This document shows, one piece after another, positions 58,554 through 64,000 of a stretch of 64,000 nucleotides of DNA (position 1 is the stretch's first letter; each line of letters opens with the position of its first letter). The notes under the pieces were generated by a model. The model ran no database searches, had not been told where the DNA came from, and saw only the letters and a list, made by a program, of their open reading frames with translations. The stretch is from Thalia democratica (taxonomy: Eukaryota). The stretch covers positions 29,388,001 to 29,452,000 of the forward strand of contig OZ241826.1 of assembly GCA_965202585.1 (NCBI GenBank). The letters are read 5' to 3'. Both the position numbers and the translations under genes were made by a program.

Positions 58554-61360
58554 TTTAATATCTTTAAACCTAACAGTATAGAGTTTAATAGTTGAATAAA
58601 AGTGCAAGTAAAATTTTGGCTATCAATAATTCAGAAACAGTAAAAAGCAATCAATTAATCAAACTTTTAGCACGCAAAACTTAAATCATCAAAACAAAAT
58701 TATTGAACATTCAAAAAAAAATTGCTGTTTTATTCAATTAAAAAGCTTGTTATTTTATTTGTTTAAAAAATTTGTTTTTTTAAATTACGAGTATAAAACG
58801 TTCTAAAACTGTATTTTATTGCTAATCATTTTTATTATCAGGAATTTCTAGTTAGCTTTTTTTGCATTTATTATCTTAAAACAGAATACTATATATTTAA
58901 GAAAGCTTATATAAACAACTAAATAATGCTTGTAATTTTTTTTTTATGTAGAAATTTGTACTATGATAAAGCAATTTTACAGTTTGTTTTAGCCAATTGG
59001 TATTCAACTTGATTTTTTTTTAATTTCAAATTTTTACTTTGGACGTCGTCAATTGAATTAACAAAATTATTTTATTTAACTTTATTAAAATCAAATAATA
59101 AATGGTTTAATATATAACATAACTGTACAGTAAAGATGATAGCAGTCTCAGACGGATAATAAAGAAATTAGTAACTAACTAGTAAGTATTACAAACCGAT
59201 AAAAGTTATCAAAAAAAAACTTTCATGGTACTAAAAAAATCATTTCAAATAGAAGTTAAATAGCGTTTAAATATTTTATTTTTAGCGTTTTAAATTATAC
59301 TATTTCCGATATCGTATAAAATTAAGAGTTTATTCGAGTTTTGTAAAACATTTTAATATTTAAGCAAAGCTGGCTGTGAAATACGTATTTAAACCTTACT
59401 TTACTTAAGAACTAAGCTGTTTAAGCATACACTTTAAAGTTATATTTTTTTCTATCACACTATTTGTATATGTACCACAATTATCGTTGACAGTTTAAAC
59501 AAAAGTTAATGTTTACAATTACTTTGTTACAGTAACACTTAACTTTTTAAATATTTTTTTAAACGGATTATTTTATAAGCGGTTATCGATTTAAAAAGTC
59601 ATAAAAAAATTTATTAGTTAGCTAAAATGTCACAAACAACAACTTTTATTTTATTTATTTATTTATTTCAAAAAAAATTAAACATTTTAAAAATTTACCT
59701 ATGCGTTTTTAAAATCTTATAAACGCTAAATTTTTCATTTTAAAAAAGATGCTTTTACAAAATAGATAATATTAAGAGTATGTAAAAGTGAAAAAACAGT
59801 AGTGTTTTTTATTTTTGCATCCGAAATATAGTTTGTAAATCTTATAGAAAGTTAAGAAATAATATTATAGTTTGCCATTAACATTATTAAGTATGCTTTT
59901 ATGATTATAATATGTAGGTAAAGTTTTAGCTTAGTTAAACTTAAAAGTTAAATATTAATGCTGTTATTGTTCACCAGTTATAAAATATTAATATAGAAAA
60001 TTATCAAGCCAATTGTTTATGCTTTTAAGCGAAGCCGCTAAAACTTATAGCTCGTAGGTTAAATATATAAGTTTAAAAACAGTTTATAGGAAACATGACT
60101 GTCGCAAAATAACTAGTCACAAAATGCTTTTAAAATACAAAGATAAGATATAGTTGAAACAGATAGTATTTTAAACTTTGCTAAAAGTCAGCGATAGTTG
60201 TTGCTAATACTGTTGAAGTACTTTGTCTAATTTTAACGTTTTCTTAACTAGCAGAACTTTTACAAAACAAAAACTGTATTTTGTCGAAGAGTTTTAATCT
60301 ATACGTGTTAATAATGTTTATTTTAATTTTTTTAGTATTAGCTTGTAGTAGTTTATTTTTTGTTTTGAAAAGAAAACAATTAGTGATGATTTTTCTGAAA
60401 CAAAAAAAGTGAACTTCAAAACTTTTCATTTAATTTTATTCAGTTTTTTAGATTTAGATTTTATTTCAAAACACTATAAGTATAACGTTAAATAAAGCAT
60501 TCTAAATACTTATATATGACTTAAAAGTAGTTAAAGTTTGTAAGTGAACCTTTACCTTGCTAAGTCAAAAGTTAGTATGCTTTTTTAGTCAAAAGTAAAC
60601 CTAACTGTTTTTTAAAAAAAAATTACATTTACGATATACATTTAATAATTCATATTCTACTTTAAAAAAAAACTTTAAAGGTTTTTATAGTAGCTAATGC
60701 TAGAAAGTATTGAACTTAGTTTTCTACAACTTTTAGAATTAAGTAGAATTAAGTTTTACTCATTTTTGAAAATTTAGACTGTTAAGACAAAATTTCACTA
60801 TGTTTTTACTTTTTTGATACAAAAATAAATATTTATTATATAACTAAAAACTTTTATATAACCATAACTTGTTTTTTTTTTATTTCATCAAATTAATTCT
60901 AACTTGTTTTTATTTCAGTAATTAAATTAAACTTTTTTTTTTCTTTATGAAATTTTAAACTTTAGCAAAACAAACATTAAAACTTTTAAAAGTAATATTC
61001 AAAAAACCAAACCAAGACCAAAATATATTTTGTTTTACGTTTCATCTGGTTAGAGTGGGATACTATAAAAAAATAAATAATGTATTAAAAAAGCAATAAA
61101 TTCAAATTTTAAACATTTTCTAAATTGAAAGTATGAGTATGTAATTTTATACTATAGAATAAAAGCTAAAGTTTTATAACGGAAACGTAAAAGTTTATAC
61201 AATATATTATATTAGTTACACAATATAAGTACGTAATTAAAAATTCAAAAACTTTATAACACCTATTTTAGTTGTAAGTATAATAGCCTATCAGCGATAT
61301 AGCCTATTGGTTTGAACGACAACGAAATACTTATGCGATAGTTTTATTCAGTATTTTACG

Positions 61361-62784
61361 ATGACAAACTACACAAGGTTGTCAATTTTTCTGATAACAC
61401 TCGCACAAATTCGACATTCGAACTCATATTCAAAACAAGCTCCGACCAAGGCTTGCAAGAACATGGTTCCGAGGCACAGCTCTTTGAACTTTCAAAAATC
61501 CCCTTCACCCTACGTAATAACAATCAGTAACCATTCTTACGTGGCTCGTGTTCCAGTTACAAGTAAGCATTTATTTAAGTCATTAAACTACAAACATACA
61601 AAAAATTGATAAAAACTTTAAGCATATCAGATTTTTTCAGTAAAACTTAAAAAAAAATTAGTTTTGTATATTTAAGAAGTCCTACAAAAATAAACTTGAC
61701 TGTGTATCAAAAAACCCCTAACTTTGACAATTTCTTTTTAGCTCAGATCAAACAAACTTAAATTTTTCCAGTCACAGTATCAAGCCGCAGAGGCGTTGGC
61801 TTCAAAGGCATGTTCATCCAAGCGAGACGGCCGTTTAGTTCAGAACCGGTAGGAACTTGGCAGCAGTTTCCCGCCCATTTTGAATCAGTCAAGTGCAGCA
61901 GCGCAAACGACGCGGTTACACATTCAAACCCGGATGTAAAGAAGTCCGTTTCGCTCGAGTGGTTGCCGCTGTTTGACTATGGAGAAGTGCAGTTTAAGTT
62001 GGAGCTTTTTTGTATTTACGTACTAACTTACTTAAATTTTGTTATTATAAAGATTTAAAAAAAGTATACTTAGTAAAATTATAAAAAGTTATAATATGTA
62101 GCTATATTTTTCTGTTCTTGTACACTACATTAATTAATTAAAATAGGCTTGTAGAGTAATGTAGAAAAAAATCTGCTGAACCTAAACATTTTAGTTTTTA
62201 CCAAAAACGTATTTCACAAATAATGATAGGTATATCAGTAAGCATCAGTTAAATTTTATAATATAAAAACTTAGACTAATTTCTACAGGCTTGTCATTGT
62301 AGAAAAATACACGAACTTTTGGTCAAGCAATTCGATTCCAATAAGTCACAAAAAAATACCAGAAACAAAATCACCACCAAAGTTAATAGCTACTAGACTA
62401 GCAACGATTCCAAAAATCCGAACAAGTAAATATTATAAAGAAGCTTCAAGTAAAACTTTACAAGCAGCAGTGCTAAATAATTCGATTGAAACTGCTTCTG
62501 TAAAATCTGAAATTCGTTTTATTAAAATTTTAGAATCGTTCAAAGTTGATTTGCTTTTAACAATTAAAAATTTTACCGATTCAATTTTGTTGTCTAACTT
62601 AAGAAAAACTCCTGATAAGAATATTTCTATAACAACTATAACAAATGCTACCACCAATTTAATAACTCACTTTAATAAACCATTTGTTAAAAACTTTACT
62701 AAAAATGGTTCAGGTAATTTATATTTTAGCATAACGACAATATTTTTGATTATTGTTTCACTGATTAACTTAAGTTATGTTTAA
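61361..62784 (+). CDS. Reeler-domain protein (defense protein-like), 307 aa, secreted with probable GPI anchor. Exons 61361-61562, 61772-61997, 62289-62784
   Basis: Signal peptide; YSKQAP..AC..MVPRH, FKGMFIQAR, VGTW, C....DAVTHSN, W..P and VQFKLVIVEKYTNFW are Reeler consensus motifs. Thr/Ser/Lys-rich stalk and hydrophobic C-terminus after NGSG. Exon lengths sum to 924 nt. Confidence 0.9.
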
Positions 62785-64000
62785 AATCAAATTAAAATGA
62801 CACAGTTATAAATGCTTATTTAAAAGTTTAGTCCGCACTTTTTAAAAGCATGTTTGTTTACTTTGTTCGTAAAGCTTATAATTTTAATTTAGTTTGTACT
62901 TTTAGTTTGTAGTTTAAATGATATTTTGTTGCTGTAGATAGTTTTATATTTCAAATATAACTTTTTTAAAAAGGTTTTATGTTTCGTGTTTTTATTTTGA
63001 ACACGAATGAAAAATGATTTAAAATAGATTATTCTAAAATAGCCTTTGATTAAGCATTGTTTTTAACAATGTGCTTAATTAACTTCTAGTAATATTTGTT
63101 TTATTATCAGAGCACTATTTTCGTACAATGTAATTTGTAAGTTTAATTAAAGTAGTACTGCAATAAACTCTTTTTATTAAAACAAAATTTATGTTAAATG
63201 TAAATGTATATAAGAATATACTTTACAAAAGCAACATTTATTAGTTTCGCCTTAATAGTAGAAAATAAACTTCAAGCATAAATATTTCATTAAGTTGTTC
63301 TGTATTGTTCACAGTTAGTATAAACAAAAGTTTCTAGTACTGTGTAAAAGAAAGCATGTGTTATATTTATTGAGCAAAAAATATTTTTTTTATTTACATT
63401 AGAACAGTTTATAACAATTTTAAATGATTTAAAATTAAAAAGACCGATAGTTTGTTTAAAAACTTAAGTAAATTTAAAATACTTATATACTAAGAAGTAA
63501 AATGTGGAGTAAAATCCAAAGTTTTTAAAAATGATGAAATTTAGATGAAGTACTATAATTGACATTTAAAATGTTTTGCAACCAATCAGCTATTTAAATC
63601 AAAGTCAAAAATTTTCAGTTGTCTAAATAAACTAGAATATGTGGCATTAAATGACAATCAAACAACAGGTCCATACTAACTTGCGTCTAAGTTTTTAAAC
63701 AACGTTTAAGAATTTTCGAATACAAAAACTATAAGATACTTGAATTCAAATGTATCTTACTTTTTTATAAAAACTTTTTGAGGCATTAAAACATTTTTAT
63801 TTTGACACATGCGTTAAAAGAATGCTTTAAAACAAAATTAACTGTATTGATTAAAACACCGATAAGGATACCACATAATTATCTATACAATTAAATAATT
63901 TGTTATATAATATTTCAATTAAATTGAAGGAATCTAAAAAAAAAACTTATAATAAAATATACATTTATTAAACAACAAATTTATATTAACTCTAAGATGT

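Overview
This is very AT-rich eukaryotic (animal, invertebrate-like) genomic DNA with spliced genes and many transposable elements. No rRNA, tRNA or CRISPR was found. Host genes: a 5-exon PIM-like Ser/Thr kinase (+, 2929-5152); a frameshifted tandem di-ubiquitin-like gene (+, 13820-14340); a spliced gene of unknown function (-, about 57.3-58.6 kb); and a Reeler-domain, probably GPI-anchored protein (+, 61361-62784). The centre of the window (about 18-56 kb) is a tandemly duplicated cluster of minus-strand genes that the ORF track shows only as disconnected pieces. Spliced in frame, they encode two SUMO-interacting motifs (IIDLT/TIDLT), an Asn-rich 13-aa tandem repeat, an acidic region and a C-terminal RING, which is a SUMO-targeted ubiquitin ligase (STUbL)-like architecture. 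One copy is intact, two are decayed or partial, and one has its RING exon split by an intact, very young 10.2-kb Ty3/gypsy retrovirus-like element. That element has 492-bp LTRs identical by eye, a GCCC target-site duplication, a gag that starts inside the LTR, a -1 frameshift signal with a predicted pseudoknot, pol, and a herpesvirus gB-like class III env. Other elements include nested hAT/Buster transposons, two Penelope-like GIY-YIG remnants, MITEs, a 1611-bp tandem duplication and a 147-bp foldback. All alignments and family assignments were made by eye and from recalled motifs; no database searches were run.
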